Source: Myxococcota bacterium (GTDB taxonomy: Bacteria > Myxococcota_A > UBA9160 > UBA4427). Taken from it: DNA of 64,000 nucleotides. The stretch spans positions 328 through 64,327 of the forward strand of contig JAQWRT010000052.1 of the NCBI GenBank assembly GCA_029243605.1, read 5' to 3'. Position 1 is the stretch's first letter. The number at the start of each line of letters is the position of its first letter. The translations under genes and the position numbers were made by a program. Of this stretch, positions 55,357 to 64,000 are shown one piece after another. The notes beneath the pieces are model-generated. The model searched no databases and was not told where the DNA came from. It saw only the letters and a program-made list of their open reading frames with translations.

Positions 55357-56814
55357 TCAGACCGAGCCGTAGCCCGGCGGCGCCTCGAAGGCGAAGCCCG
55401 CGGCTTCGAGGTGCCCCGCCAAGGCAATCGTCGTAAGGTCCCCGAATTGGGGCCCGATGATTTGCAGGCCGATGGGCAGACCCTCCTCCCCCGGACCCGT
55501 CGGAAAGACCGTCGAGGGGAGATAACTGTTGATCGCCAATCCCGCCCAGAAAATCTGTTCAAAATAGGGCCGTGCCTCGCCATCGACCTCGATGGTCCGC
55601 TCACCGAAACGCCGATGGTCGTGAGCGAAGGCCGGGGTTGCCATGATCGGCGCGATCAGCGCGTCGTAGGACTGAAAAAACTCGTGCCAGGCCCAACGAA
55701 TATGGGTTCGCGCGTTATTGGCCACCAGGTAATCTCGGTGGCGAGCCACCTGGCTGCGCACGGTCTGGGCAGCGTCCCCCTGATCCGAGGGGTCGAGCCG
55801 TTCCGATTCCTCGACCATGGCGGCAAACTCCTGATCCGTGGAGCGCGAGCCCATGGTGGCCCAGAGCAGGCCCTGATAGATCCGATGTCCCTGATCGATA
55901 TCGAAATCCGGTCGCGCCTCGAAATCCACCTCTCCACCCGCCTGGCGGATGGCTTCGCCCACGGCCCCGACCCGAGCTTCGGTTTCCACCGAAACTGGGC
56001 TCGACGCATGGTTCGGCCAAAGCGCCACACGGTAATCCCCCAGAGCCTTCGGCTGGGGCTCGGGAAGATCCACACGCATGCCCCGGGACTCGATCTCGTC
56101 CGGACCCGCCATCACGCGTACGCCGACTTCGAGATCCGCCGCGCTTCGCCCCAGGGGACCAATCACCGAGAGATCGGATTGCGCCAGGGTTCCGGGAAGG
56201 GCATGGCCCCGGGGCGGCAACAGGCCCCAAGTAGGCTTATGCCCGAAGACGCCGCAATAGTGCGCGGGGTTGCGGATCGAACCACCAATATCCGATCCCG
56301 TATCGAAACCGGTGAGCCCCGCAGCCAGGGCCGCCGCCGAACCGCCCGAGGAGCCCCCGGGAATTCGCTCGAGGTTCCAGGGGTTCTGGGTCGTTCCATA
56401 GATCTCGTTGTAACTCTGAAAGTCAGCCAGGTTGAGCGGAACATTCGTCTTGCCAAAGAGCACCACCCCGGCCGCCTTCAAACGCTGAACGGAAAGTGCG
56501 TCCTCGGGCGCAATATTGTCCTTCATATCCGGTCGCCCGTTGGTCGTGGGCGTCCCGGCCACGTTGTAGGATTCCTTGATCGTCATGGGTACGCCGTGCA
56601 AAGGCCCCCAACTTTCGCCCCGGGCGAGAGCTTCATCGGCCTCCCGAGCACGGGCTCGCGCCCGCTCGGTGTCCTGAACCACGATGGCGTTGAGCTCGGG
56701 GTTGAAGCGTTCGACCCGGGCGAGGAAATAGTCCAGAAGTTCCAGGCAGCCGACTTCCTTCGCCTGGATTTTGCTCGCCAATTCTGTCGCCGACGCGAAG
56801 GCCCAATCGCCCAT
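55357..56814 (-). CDS. amidase (amidase-signature family)
   Basis: GGSSGGSAAALA and GSDIGGSIRNPA signature. GAGGAG SD. Confidence 0.85.
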   Translation of the reverse strand: MGDWAFASATELASKIQAKEVGCLELLDYFLARVERFNPELNAIVVQDTERARARAREADEALARGESWGPLHGVPMTIKESYNVAGTPTTNGRPDMKDNIAPEDALSVQRLKAAGVVLFGKTNVPLNLADFQSYNEIYGTTQNPWNLERIPGGSSGGSAAALAAGLTGFDTGSDIGGSIRNPAHYCGVFGHKPTWGLLPPRGHALPGTLAQSDLSVIGPLGRSAADLEVGVRVMAGPDEIESRGMRVDLPEPQPKALGDYRVALWPNHASSPVSVETEARVGAVGEAIRQAGGEVDFEARPDFDIDQGHRIYQGLLWATMGSRSTDQEFAAMVEESERLDPSDQGDAAQTVRSQVARHRDYLVANNARTHIRWAWHEFFQSYDALIAPIMATPAFAHDHRRFGERTIEVDGEARPYFEQIFWAGLAINSYLPSTVFPTGPGEEGLPIGLQIIGPQFGDLTTIALAGHLEAAGFAFEAPPGYGSV

Positions 56815-57214
56815 TTTCTACTCCTCGATTCATGTGCCGGTCCGCTCCGGCGACCCCGCGCTCGACTCACGAGCGCCGGAAAGAGAAGTGTCGCGGGTTT
56901 CCCACCCTGGCACCACACCCGCAGCCCCCTCCCGGGGGAGCCCTAGAAAGAGCCGAGAAACCTCCCTCCCACCGGGGCCCCGGCGAATTCCGCCCCCGAT
57001 TAAAATCCTCTCCTCGTCTCCGGGAGCGACTCGGTTCGAAATTCAGGCGGCTATGATCTCCCCATGAAGCGCTGGGCTCCTGCGACAACGGTTGAAGTCT
57101 CACACGATCTCGCCCCCCGCCAAGGGTCGCCCCTAGGGTGTTGGTGATACTCCTCATGGAAGCCTGCGGCCTAACCCGCCCCGACTCGCGCCGGGCACTC
57201 CGAGGGGTATTGGC

Positions 57215-59491
57215 TTGGGCCTAGGATCCCGACGACTCCGCTGGGGACTTTGGAGCGTCGGAGCCGTCTCGCTCATGGCCCTGGCCCTCTGGGGCCTCGG
57301 CCGTGGTGTCTTCGGCCAACACGAGGGACCCGGCCAAATCACCCCCATTCCTATCCCCCGGACTCAGGTCGAAGAGTGGGCCCAGGAGCGTCGCTCGGCC
57401 TCGGAAGGCTTGGCGCCCTCGGACAAGGCGATCCTCTTCGGCGACCTCCACGTGCACACCACATTTTCTGCCGACGCTTTCGTCATGAGCCTACCCCTGG
57501 TCTCGGGAGAGGGCGCACATCCTCCCGCGGATGCCTGCGACTTCGCCCGTCACTGCGCCGCCCTGGACTTCTGGTCCATCAACGACCACGCCGAGTCCCT
57601 CACCCCTGCCCACTGGAGCGAAACCGTCGCCAGCATCCGGCAATGCAATGCCGTGACCTCAGAATCCGATCCGGATATCACCGCCTTCCTCGGCTGGGAA
57701 TGGACTCAGGACGGCACCACCCCAGAGAATCACTGGGGGCACAAGAACATCCTGCTCAAAGGCCTTCGGGATGAGGAAATTCCCACCCGCCCCATCGCCG
57801 CCCCCTACCCAGACGGGGGCGATATCGTGACCCTGGCACCGTCGGCGCGCGCCGGCCTGGCCCTCGTGATGCGCGACCGGCGAACCCTGGACTTCACCCG
57901 TTTTCTCGAGGAAAGCGCGTCCACACCTCGCTGCCCCGAAGCCGAGGACCCTCGGCAGTTGCCCACACACTGTCGCGAGGTCGCGCGAACGCCGGCGGAT
58001 CTCTTCGAGCGCCTGGACGCCTGGGGGATGGAATCCATGGTGATTCCCCACGGTACGGCCTGGGGGAACACCGCTCCGCCCGGCGCAAAATGGGATAACC
58101 AGATCGGAGGTCCGAACGATGACCCCGAGCGTCAGAGCTTGGTGGAGGTTTACTCGGGCCACGGCAACTCCGAGGAGTGGCGAAATTTCTCCGGCGTCCT
58201 TTTGGACGCCGACGGAACGGCGAGTTGCCCGACCCCCCAGCCGGGGCCGTCGGGTTTCCTGCCGAATTGCTGGCGGGCGGGGGAAATCATCCGGGAGCGC
58301 TGCCTCGCCGAGGAGTTGAACCCCACGGAATGCGACGCCCGGGCCGCCCAAGCCCGGAGCCATCATGCCGTCGCGGGAAAAACCGGCTTTCGCACGGTCC
58401 CCGGTGCCCAGCTTGAGGACTGGCTGGACGCCGGACAATGTCGCGACTGCTTCCTGCCCGCCTTCGACTACCGCCCGGGCATGTCGGCTCAATATATGCT
58501 GACCCGCACGAATTTCGACCTGGCCCAGCCCAGGGCAGCCCGTCTCGGCTTCATCGCCTCGAGCGACAACCACACCGGGCGGCCGGGCACCGGCTTCAAG
58601 GAACTCAACCGCAGCGAGATGACCGAGAGCCAAGGTCCCCGGGAGGGGGCGCCCGACCTGCTCGGCACCGCGGTGCCCCCCGTCGCCCATTCCGTTCCCC
58701 TCTCGGATCAGACCCTGAACTCGTTCGCCACCCGGGACGTGGAGCGGATGTCGTCCTTCTTCACCACCGGCGGCCTGGTGGCGGTGCACGCTCGGGGGCG
58801 CGACCGAGACGCCATCTGGCAATCCCTCCGTCAAAGAGAAGTCTATGGGACCAGCGGCGACCGAATCCTCCTCTGGTTCGACCTCATCAACTCTCCGGCC
58901 GGTCCCGGCGCACCTCTGCCCATGGGCTCCGAGGTTGTCCTCGACGAGGCACCGGTTTTCCGGGTCAGCGCGGTGGGCGCCCACTTCCAAGAGGCGGGAT
59001 GCCCCGAATTCACCCGAAATGCCCTGGGGGCCCAACGCCTCGAGGCACTCTGCCGGAACGAGTGCTACGCGCCGACCGACCGCCGAAAACTGATCTCTCG
59101 TATCGAGGTCATCCGCCTACGAGCGCAATCCCGACCCCATGAAAACCTGGGCGAACTCATTGAGGATCCCTGGCTCAGCTTGCCCTGCCCCCCGGATGAA
59201 GCGGGCTGCACCGTCGAATTCAGCGACGCCGATTACACGGCCGGGGGGCGCGACACGCTCTATTATGTCCGGGCAATCCAGCGGCCGAGTCCCGCCATCA
59301 ACGGGGGTAATCTGCGTTGCGAATACGAAGGGGGACGCTGCGTCTCCCTGAAGCCGTGCCACGGAAGTGCCGCCCAGACGCCCTACGAAGACGATTGCCT
59401 CGAGGTCATCGAAGAACGAGCCTGGTCCTCGCCCATCTGGGTCGATCAAAGGAATCCTGCACAACTGGCCGGACCCAAGGGAAGCCCATGA
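57215..59491 (+). CDS. DUF3604-like protein with an N-terminal signal anchor (PHP-like metal site)
   Basis: 758 aa. LFGDLHVHTTFSADAF and FWSINDHAE are the motifs I associate with DUF3604. TTG start with a GAGGGG SD. Confidence 0.6.
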   Translation: MGLGSRRLRWGLWSVGAVSLMALALWGLGRGVFGQHEGPGQITPIPIPRTQVEEWAQERRSASEGLAPSDKAILFGDLHVHTTFSADAFVMSLPLVSGEGAHPPADACDFARHCAALDFWSINDHAESLTPAHWSETVASIRQCNAVTSESDPDITAFLGWEWTQDGTTPENHWGHKNILLKGLRDEEIPTRPIAAPYPDGGDIVTLAPSARAGLALVMRDRRTLDFTRFLEESASTPRCPEAEDPRQLPTHCREVARTPADLFERLDAWGMESMVIPHGTAWGNTAPPGAKWDNQIGGPNDDPERQSLVEVYSGHGNSEEWRNFSGVLLDADGTASCPTPQPGPSGFLPNCWRAGEIIRERCLAEELNPTECDARAAQARSHHAVAGKTGFRTVPGAQLEDWLDAGQCRDCFLPAFDYRPGMSAQYMLTRTNFDLAQPRAARLGFIASSDNHTGRPGTGFKELNRSEMTESQGPREGAPDLLGTAVPPVAHSVPLSDQTLNSFATRDVERMSSFFTTGGLVAVHARGRDRDAIWQSLRQREVYGTSGDRILLWFDLINSPAGPGAPLPMGSEVVLDEAPVFRVSAVGAHFQEAGCPEFTRNALGAQRLEALCRNECYAPTDRRKLISRIEVIRLRAQSRPHENLGELIEDPWLSLPCPPDEAGCTVEFSDADYTAGGRDTLYYVRAIQRPSPAINGGNLRCEYEGGRCVSLKPCHGSAAQTPYEDDCLEVIEERAWSSPIWVDQRNPAQLAGPKGSP

Positions 59492-60372
59492 ACGACTCTC
59501 GAACCCTGCACCCTGACCAAATCGCAACCTTCGATCGCGACGGTTTTCTCGTGGTCGAAGATTTCTTCTCCGAGTCGGAACTCGCCGACTTCGGCGCCGC
59601 AGTCGATATTGGCGTCGCGGGCCGCGCTTCGGGGGACTCGCGCCCCCTCGAAGAGAAGAGTCTCTACGAACAGAGTTTCATCCAATGCATCAACCTCTGG
59701 GAAGACGATCTCGCGATTCGCAAATTTACCTTCAACGCCGATATGGGCAGGATGGCAGCGGATCTCCTCCATAGCGATGCCGTTCGCATCTGGCACGACC
59801 AGGCCCTCTACAAGGAAGCGGGAGGCCGCGAAACCGACGCCCACCAGGACCGCCCCTTCTGGCCCATCGATCCCCCGGACCAAGTAACGGCTTGGATCCC
59901 ATTCGACGGATCCAGCCGTGGTCACGGGGCCATGGCCTACCTCCCGGGCTCCCATCGCCTGGGATTGGAGCGCTTCGTGGACATCTCCCACGTCTTCCAG
60001 GAGCCCTACGATATCGTCAACGACGAAGCGGTGGCGGCCATCGACCCCGTCTGGGTCGAGGCCAAGCCCGGCTCCATCGTCTTTCACCATTCGCTGGCGG
60101 TCCACCTCGCCGACGCCAACGCCGGCGATGAGACCCGCCGGGTCTATTGCGTCATCTACTTTGCCGACGGTTGCGTTCGCCGGTCTCCGCTCCCCCACCT
60201 GGTCCCAGACCGCCAGGGCATCGAGGTGAACGACCCCATCCGCGGGGACGTTTCGCCCATCGCCTGGCCCCGCCCCGAGGGCGATCTTCCCCCGACCCCC
60301 ACCAGTCGTCCTCCCCGGCTGGGCTTCGCCTCCGAGGATATCGACGCCGAAGCAGACACTCCCGCGAAATAG
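59488..60372 (+). CDS. phytanoyl-CoA dioxygenase (PhyH) family oxygenase
   Basis: FDRDGFLVVEDFF, HQD and the distal HSLAVH. The ATG at 59488 overlaps the DUF3604 TGA (ATGA). Confidence 0.8.
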   Translation: MNDSRTLHPDQIATFDRDGFLVVEDFFSESELADFGAAVDIGVAGRASGDSRPLEEKSLYEQSFIQCINLWEDDLAIRKFTFNADMGRMAADLLHSDAVRIWHDQALYKEAGGRETDAHQDRPFWPIDPPDQVTAWIPFDGSSRGHGAMAYLPGSHRLGLERFVDISHVFQEPYDIVNDEAVAAIDPVWVEAKPGSIVFHHSLAVHLADANAGDETRRVYCVIYFADGCVRRSPLPHLVPDRQGIEVNDPIRGDVSPIAWPRPEGDLPPTPTSRPPRLGFASEDIDAEADTPAK

Positions 60373-60407
60373 GTTCACCCTACTTTTCTACGCGCCCTTC
60401 CCAACCC

Positions 60408-60436
60408 TTGGTGGGGCCTTCCGAGGCCGATACTAT
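60408..60436 (+). promoter_or_regulatory. candidate promoter TTGGTG-N17-TACTAT ending 7 nt before ATG 60444 (leaderless-type)
   Basis: Read directly. No SD lies before the ATG. Confidence 0.3.
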
Positions 60437-60443
60437 TTCTCCC

Positions 60444-61352
60444 ATGCGAATATGGCTCGATACCGATATAGGCAGCGACGTCGACGATGCCCTGACCCTG
60501 GCCTATTTGCTTCGCCATCCCGATTTCGAACTGGTGGGCCTCTCCACGGTTTTCGGCGACGTCGAGTTGCGCAGCCAGATCGCTCTGGCGCTCCTCGAGA
60601 TTGGCGGAGCCCCGAACCTCCCGGTCATCACAGGCCTGGGCGCCCCGCTCTCCCCCGGGCGCCAGGGACTTATGTTCGGCCACGAGGGCCAGGGCATATT
60701 GGAGAGCCCCGCCCCCCGGCTTCGAACCGACCCCGAGCCCGACCGAAACGAGCGCATAGAGCGGTTGACCCATGCGGTAGACAAAGCCGAAGCCGACGTC
60801 ATCGTCGCCATCGGACCGCTTACCAACCTGGCCGCCCTCATTGAGGCCGGGCTTTCGCTCCCTCCCCTGGCCATCATGGGCGGAAAATTGAGCGATGTCA
60901 TGTTCCGGGGAATGATCGAAGGCGTGCCCGAGTGGAATTGGTTCACCGACCCTCTGGCCGCGCAGATCGTCATCGGGGCCGAGCACACCACGCTCCCCCG
61001 TGTCGTTCCCGCCGAAGTGACCTTTCGGACGGCCCTGGCCGATGGCGATGTCGAGCGCATGGCCCAAGGCGATGCACTGACTCGACAATTGGCCGTTCTC
61101 TGCCGTCGCTGGCTTGAGTTCCTGGGTCCCCATACGGGCAGCGAAGAACCCAAAGTCGTGCTCCATGACCCGCTCACCGCGGCCGTTCTCGTTGAAGAGT
61201 CTCTCTGCCCCTTCGAGGCCAAACGGATCGAGATCGACGACCGCGCGGCTTCGACCATCGTCGACGGAGCCCCCAACGTATCGGCCGCAATCGACGTGGA
61301 TGCCCCCGCCCTGCGGGACCACCTCATGCACACCTGGTTCTCGGAGGGCTGA
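60444..61352 (+). CDS. nucleoside hydrolase (inosine/uridine-preferring family)
   Basis: IWLDTDIGSDVDDALTLAYLL (DxDxxxDD) and the distal HDPL. Confidence 0.85.
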   Translation: MRIWLDTDIGSDVDDALTLAYLLRHPDFELVGLSTVFGDVELRSQIALALLEIGGAPNLPVITGLGAPLSPGRQGLMFGHEGQGILESPAPRLRTDPEPDRNERIERLTHAVDKAEADVIVAIGPLTNLAALIEAGLSLPPLAIMGGKLSDVMFRGMIEGVPEWNWFTDPLAAQIVIGAEHTTLPRVVPAEVTFRTALADGDVERMAQGDALTRQLAVLCRRWLEFLGPHTGSEEPKVVLHDPLTAAVLVEESLCPFEAKRIEIDDRAASTIVDGAPNVSAAIDVDAPALRDHLMHTWFSEG

Positions 61353-61368
61353 GAGGCCCCAGCGCGGG

Positions 61369-61746
61369 TCAGTCCGTGAAATCGAAAATTTCGTGCTCTT
61401 CGGTCAGAAATAGATGGGAGTCAGCGAAGTCGATGAAATGGGCTTCGTCTTCGTAAAGTCTTCGCCCCGCCTCCCGACCCCTGGGCGAGGCACTGCCCGC
61501 AACCAGTTCCTCAACGCTCTCCCACCAGACTTCCGTAATTCCGTCGAAGGGCGCCCCTAGCCCCCTGCCCTCGGAGAGCCCGGCGTTCACCTCCGCCGCG
61601 GTGGTGTGGCTCTGCAGATAGCGCCGCGCTCGGAGATCGCGCGCCACGCTCTTGACCAGCGGGCCATGTTCTTCCTTCCAATAGCGAAAGAACTCGGCTT
61701 CGCTGATATCCGCACGCCGACGAACGCAGTAGACGAGCTTGATCAT
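61369..61746 (-). CDS. EthD domain-containing protein
   Basis: MIKLVYCVRRRADISEAEFFRYWKEEHGPLV is a typical EthD N-terminus. GGAGGAG SD. Confidence 0.7.
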   Translation of the reverse strand: MIKLVYCVRRRADISEAEFFRYWKEEHGPLVKSVARDLRARRYLQSHTTAAEVNAGLSEGRGLGAPFDGITEVWWESVEELVAGSASPRGREAGRRLYEDEAHFIDFADSHLFLTEEHEIFDFTD

Positions 61747-61786
61747 ATCACTCCTCCCCGAACCTCTCGGATCCCTGCCTCACCGC

Positions 61787-63400
61787 CTAGATCTTCTCGA
61801 CCTGCAGCTCGCCCTTCTCGTGCTGGGCCCGCAGGACCTTCTTGTCGAATTTGCCAACACTGGTCTTGGGGACCTCTTCGATAAAAGTCCACCTTTCGGG
61901 CATCCACCAGCGGGCCACTCTCTCCTTCAAGAAGGCCGAGAGTTCGGCCACGTCGGGTTTTCCGGCCTCCGCCCGAACCACGCACGCCATGGGACGTTCG
62001 TCCCAGCGCTCATCGGGCACACCCACCACCGCCGCTTCAACGACCCCGGGATGGGCCATGATCTCGTTCTCGAGTTCCACCGAGGAGATCCACTCCCCGC
62101 CCGACTTGATCACGTCCTTGGCCCGATCGGTAATTTGAACAAAACCCAAGGCATCCACGTGGGCGACGTCCCCCGTGCGAAGCCAGCCGTCCTGAAACTT
62201 GTCTTCCGAGGGGTCCTTGTAATAGGAGCCCGTGATCCAGGGCCCGCGAACCTGAATCTCCCCGACCGATTCGCCGTCCCAAGGGAGTTCCTTCCCCTCA
62301 TCATCAACGACCCTGAGTTCAACCCCAGCCGAGACCCGCCCGGTCCGGGTTCGCCAATCCATATCGCTTCCCGGATCGCATCCCCGGGGCGGGTGCGCGA
62401 TGGCCGCCAAGGGACTCGTCTCGGTCATCCCCCACGCCTGGATCATGCGCACTTCGTATTTCTCCTCGAGCTTCTCCATCAAGCTACGAGGAACTGCCGA
62501 CCCGCCGCAGACCACCATGCGCAGGCTCGAGAGATCGAGTTCCGCCTTCTCGCCGTAACGCAAGATATCGTTCCACACGGTGGGGACCGCGCCGGAGAAG
62601 GTGGGTCTCTCCTCGGCGATTAGCCGACAAAGGGGTTCGGCCTGCAAGAATTTTTCGGGCAGGATCAGATCGGCCCCGGCTTGCCAACACGCGTGGGGGA
62701 GGCCCCAAGCATTGGCATGAAACATCGGCACGATCATCAGCGCCCGATCGCTCTCGGTGAGGCCGAAGGTCGCCCCGGAATTCGCTGCCATCGAGTGGAG
62801 CACGCTCGACCGGTGACTGTAGACCACACCCTTGGGGTTGCCCGTTGTTCCGCTCGTATAACACATGGCCGCGGCCTGACGTTCGTCGATCTCGGGCCAC
62901 TCAAAGCCCGGGGACTCCGCCGCCAGCAGATCCTCGTAGTGGAATACCTCGCCCAGGGCCGAAGCATCACCCTCGCCGACCAAGATAAAGGTCGGTCGTT
63001 TTTCGAGTTCATCGACCACCGCCGCCAGAAGAGGAACCAGCGAAGCATCGACCAAAATTACGTCGTCCTCTGCATGATTGATCACGTAGGACAACTGCTC
63101 GGGAAAGAGCCTGATATTCAGGGTATGGAGAACGGCGCCCATGGAGGGCACCGCGAAATAGGCTTCGAGATGTTCCTGGTTATTCCACTGAAAAGTACCC
63201 ACTCTGTCGCCGGGCTTGACACCCATCCGAGCAAGAGCCGCCGCCAATTTTTCCGCGCGATCCGCTACCTCGGCGAACGTCGCACGCCGCGAGCCCTCGC
63301 CCTCGAAGGTGACCACCTCGCTCTTCGCGAACACGCGCCGACCGTACTCAAAGAGAGATCGAATCGAGAGAGGGGTATCCTGCATAGTACTTTCGAGCAT
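61787..63400 (-). CDS. long/medium-chain fatty acid--CoA ligase (AMP-dependent synthetase)
   Basis: YTSGTTGNPKGV, GWLRTGD and SVGKFDKK motifs. I chose the ATG at 63400 (GGAGG 7 nt upstream). The ORF reaches 63424. Confidence 0.9.
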   Translation of the reverse strand: MLESTMQDTPLSIRSLFEYGRRVFAKSEVVTFEGEGSRRATFAEVADRAEKLAAALARMGVKPGDRVGTFQWNNQEHLEAYFAVPSMGAVLHTLNIRLFPEQLSYVINHAEDDVILVDASLVPLLAAVVDELEKRPTFILVGEGDASALGEVFHYEDLLAAESPGFEWPEIDERQAAAMCYTSGTTGNPKGVVYSHRSSVLHSMAANSGATFGLTESDRALMIVPMFHANAWGLPHACWQAGADLILPEKFLQAEPLCRLIAEERPTFSGAVPTVWNDILRYGEKAELDLSSLRMVVCGGSAVPRSLMEKLEEKYEVRMIQAWGMTETSPLAAIAHPPRGCDPGSDMDWRTRTGRVSAGVELRVVDDEGKELPWDGESVGEIQVRGPWITGSYYKDPSEDKFQDGWLRTGDVAHVDALGFVQITDRAKDVIKSGGEWISSVELENEIMAHPGVVEAAVVGVPDERWDERPMACVVRAEAGKPDVAELSAFLKERVARWWMPERWTFIEEVPKTSVGKFDKKVLRAQHEKGELQVEKI

Positions 63401-63555
63401 TTTTAAACCTCCGTGAAAATTCATGGAACGGGCAGAACCCAGATTGTGTCGTATCCCCGAATCTCGACCAAGACCCAGACCCGGAATTATACGCCGCCTG
63501 ACCCGGCTGGAGCGCTACTCTGCCCCGACCCGAAGCCCCCGAGGAGCCATCGCCG

Positions 63556-64000
63556 ATGTACAGGAAAGCCTCCATCCAAGCCACCCTCTTGGCCCTATTC
63601 GCCGCGACGGCCCTCTCCGGGCGAGCGGAGACGCCCCCTTTGGGTGCTCAGATCATCGACCGTATCTACGAGCACGTCTCGGCTTTCGAAGCCAAAAACC
63701 CTGGCACCTTTGTGCGCCGCACGATGACGGTTCGAGAAATGGACCCCGACGACGGCACGGTGGAGAAGACCTTCGTCTCCAAGCAGGAGGTCTGGAACCG
63801 CCTGGGGCAGCGGCCGGAGATCAAGATCCTGAGCTGCCAGGTCGACGGCAAGAGCGCCGAACCCAAGGAGTGCAAGCGAAAGGAACGCGACCGCAAGCCG
63901 CCCTACCGCATCTTCGGTCCCGAGGGTCGCTCGCATTACCGATACGAGTTGCTCGAAACCGAAGGTTCCCCGGAGCTAGCCAGCTATAAGATCAAGGTCA
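63556..64000 (+). CDS. hypothetical exported protein, 5' partial (runs off the window)
   Basis: Not in the ORF track because it has no stop. I translated it by hand: MYRKASIQATLLALFAATALSGRAETPP... stays open through 64000. GAGGAG SD at 63541-63546 and a clear signal peptide. Confidence 0.5.
   Translation, partial: MYRKASIQATLLALFAATALSGRAETPPLGAQIIDRIYEHVSAFEAKNPGTFVRRTMTVREMDPDDGTVEKTFVSKQEVWNRLGQRPEIKILSCQVDGKSAEPKECKRKERDRKPPYRIFGPEGRSHYRYELLETEGSPELASYKIKV

Noticed and set aside
57033-57043. GGTTCGAAATT, resembling a tRNA T-loop.
   Set aside because: The flanking bases cannot form a T-stem, and neither strand gives an acceptor or anticodon arm.
1-64000. Window-wide look for CRISPR arrays, rRNA, tRNA or tmRNA, IS elements and inverted-repeat termini, integrons, retron or DGR reverse transcriptases, and toxin-antitoxin pairs.
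   Set aside because: None was seen. Non-coding gaps are short, with the longest about 400 nt. They contain no spaced direct-repeat arrays, and no ORF shows transposase, RT, Cas or toxin motifs. This was an inspection by eye, so short or degenerate elements could have been missed.

Overview
GC-rich bacterial chromosomal segment that is almost entirely coding: about 60 genes, many joined by 1-4 nt ATGA/GTGA-type overlaps. Gene order and family content suggest a lipid-degrading proteobacterium, possibly a gammaproteobacterium; this is inference only.

The left half (1-38.9 kb) is core housekeeping:
- rluB-scpB-scpA.
- A translationally coupled mutS-amiC-glnD-xerD-cca chain.
- The mixed aromatic/ribosomal supraoperon pheA-hisC-tyrA-rpsA-ihfB-lapA.
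- coaE, a WS/DGAT storage-lipid acyltransferase, and trpEGDCF.
- A CcdA/TlpA thiol-redox pair, dtd, glpQ, queG, greB, a sirtuin and hisD.

The right half (38.9-64 kb) is an accessory-looking block rich in paralogs:
- An orphan two-partner-secretion (TpsB) outer-membrane transporter.
- About 20 lipid/xenobiotic catabolic genes: 4 SDRs in this block (6 in the window), 2 PhyH dioxygenases, 3 alpha/beta hydrolases including a DhlA-type haloalkane dehalogenase, a PA3286-type KAS III, a FadB-like enzyme, an acyl-CoA ligase, an amidase, an MBL hydrolase, an APH-like kinase, and DUF1330, DUF3604 and EthD proteins.

I found no rRNA, tRNA, CRISPR array, IS element, prophage, integrase cassette or recognisable defence or toxin-antitoxin genes. 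No classical transcription-factor gene appears anywhere in the window. I do not see a clear-cut novel multi-gene system.

The signals most worth follow-up are:
1. A textbook sigma-54 promoter with phased upstream repeats in front of the WS/DGAT gene.
2. The orphan TpsB.
3. A translationally coupled DUF3604-PhyH pair followed by a nucleoside hydrolase.
4. A recurrent promoter architecture with a -10 hexamer 6-7 nt from the ATG, implying leaderless mRNAs.
5. An AcoX-type NAD-kinase-like gene, a small anchored protein and a sirtuin as neighbours.

The many long Arg/Pro/Gly/Ser-rich ORFs that overlap real genes in other frames were treated as GC-driven shadow ORFs. All family assignments come from motif recognition by eye, not from database searches.
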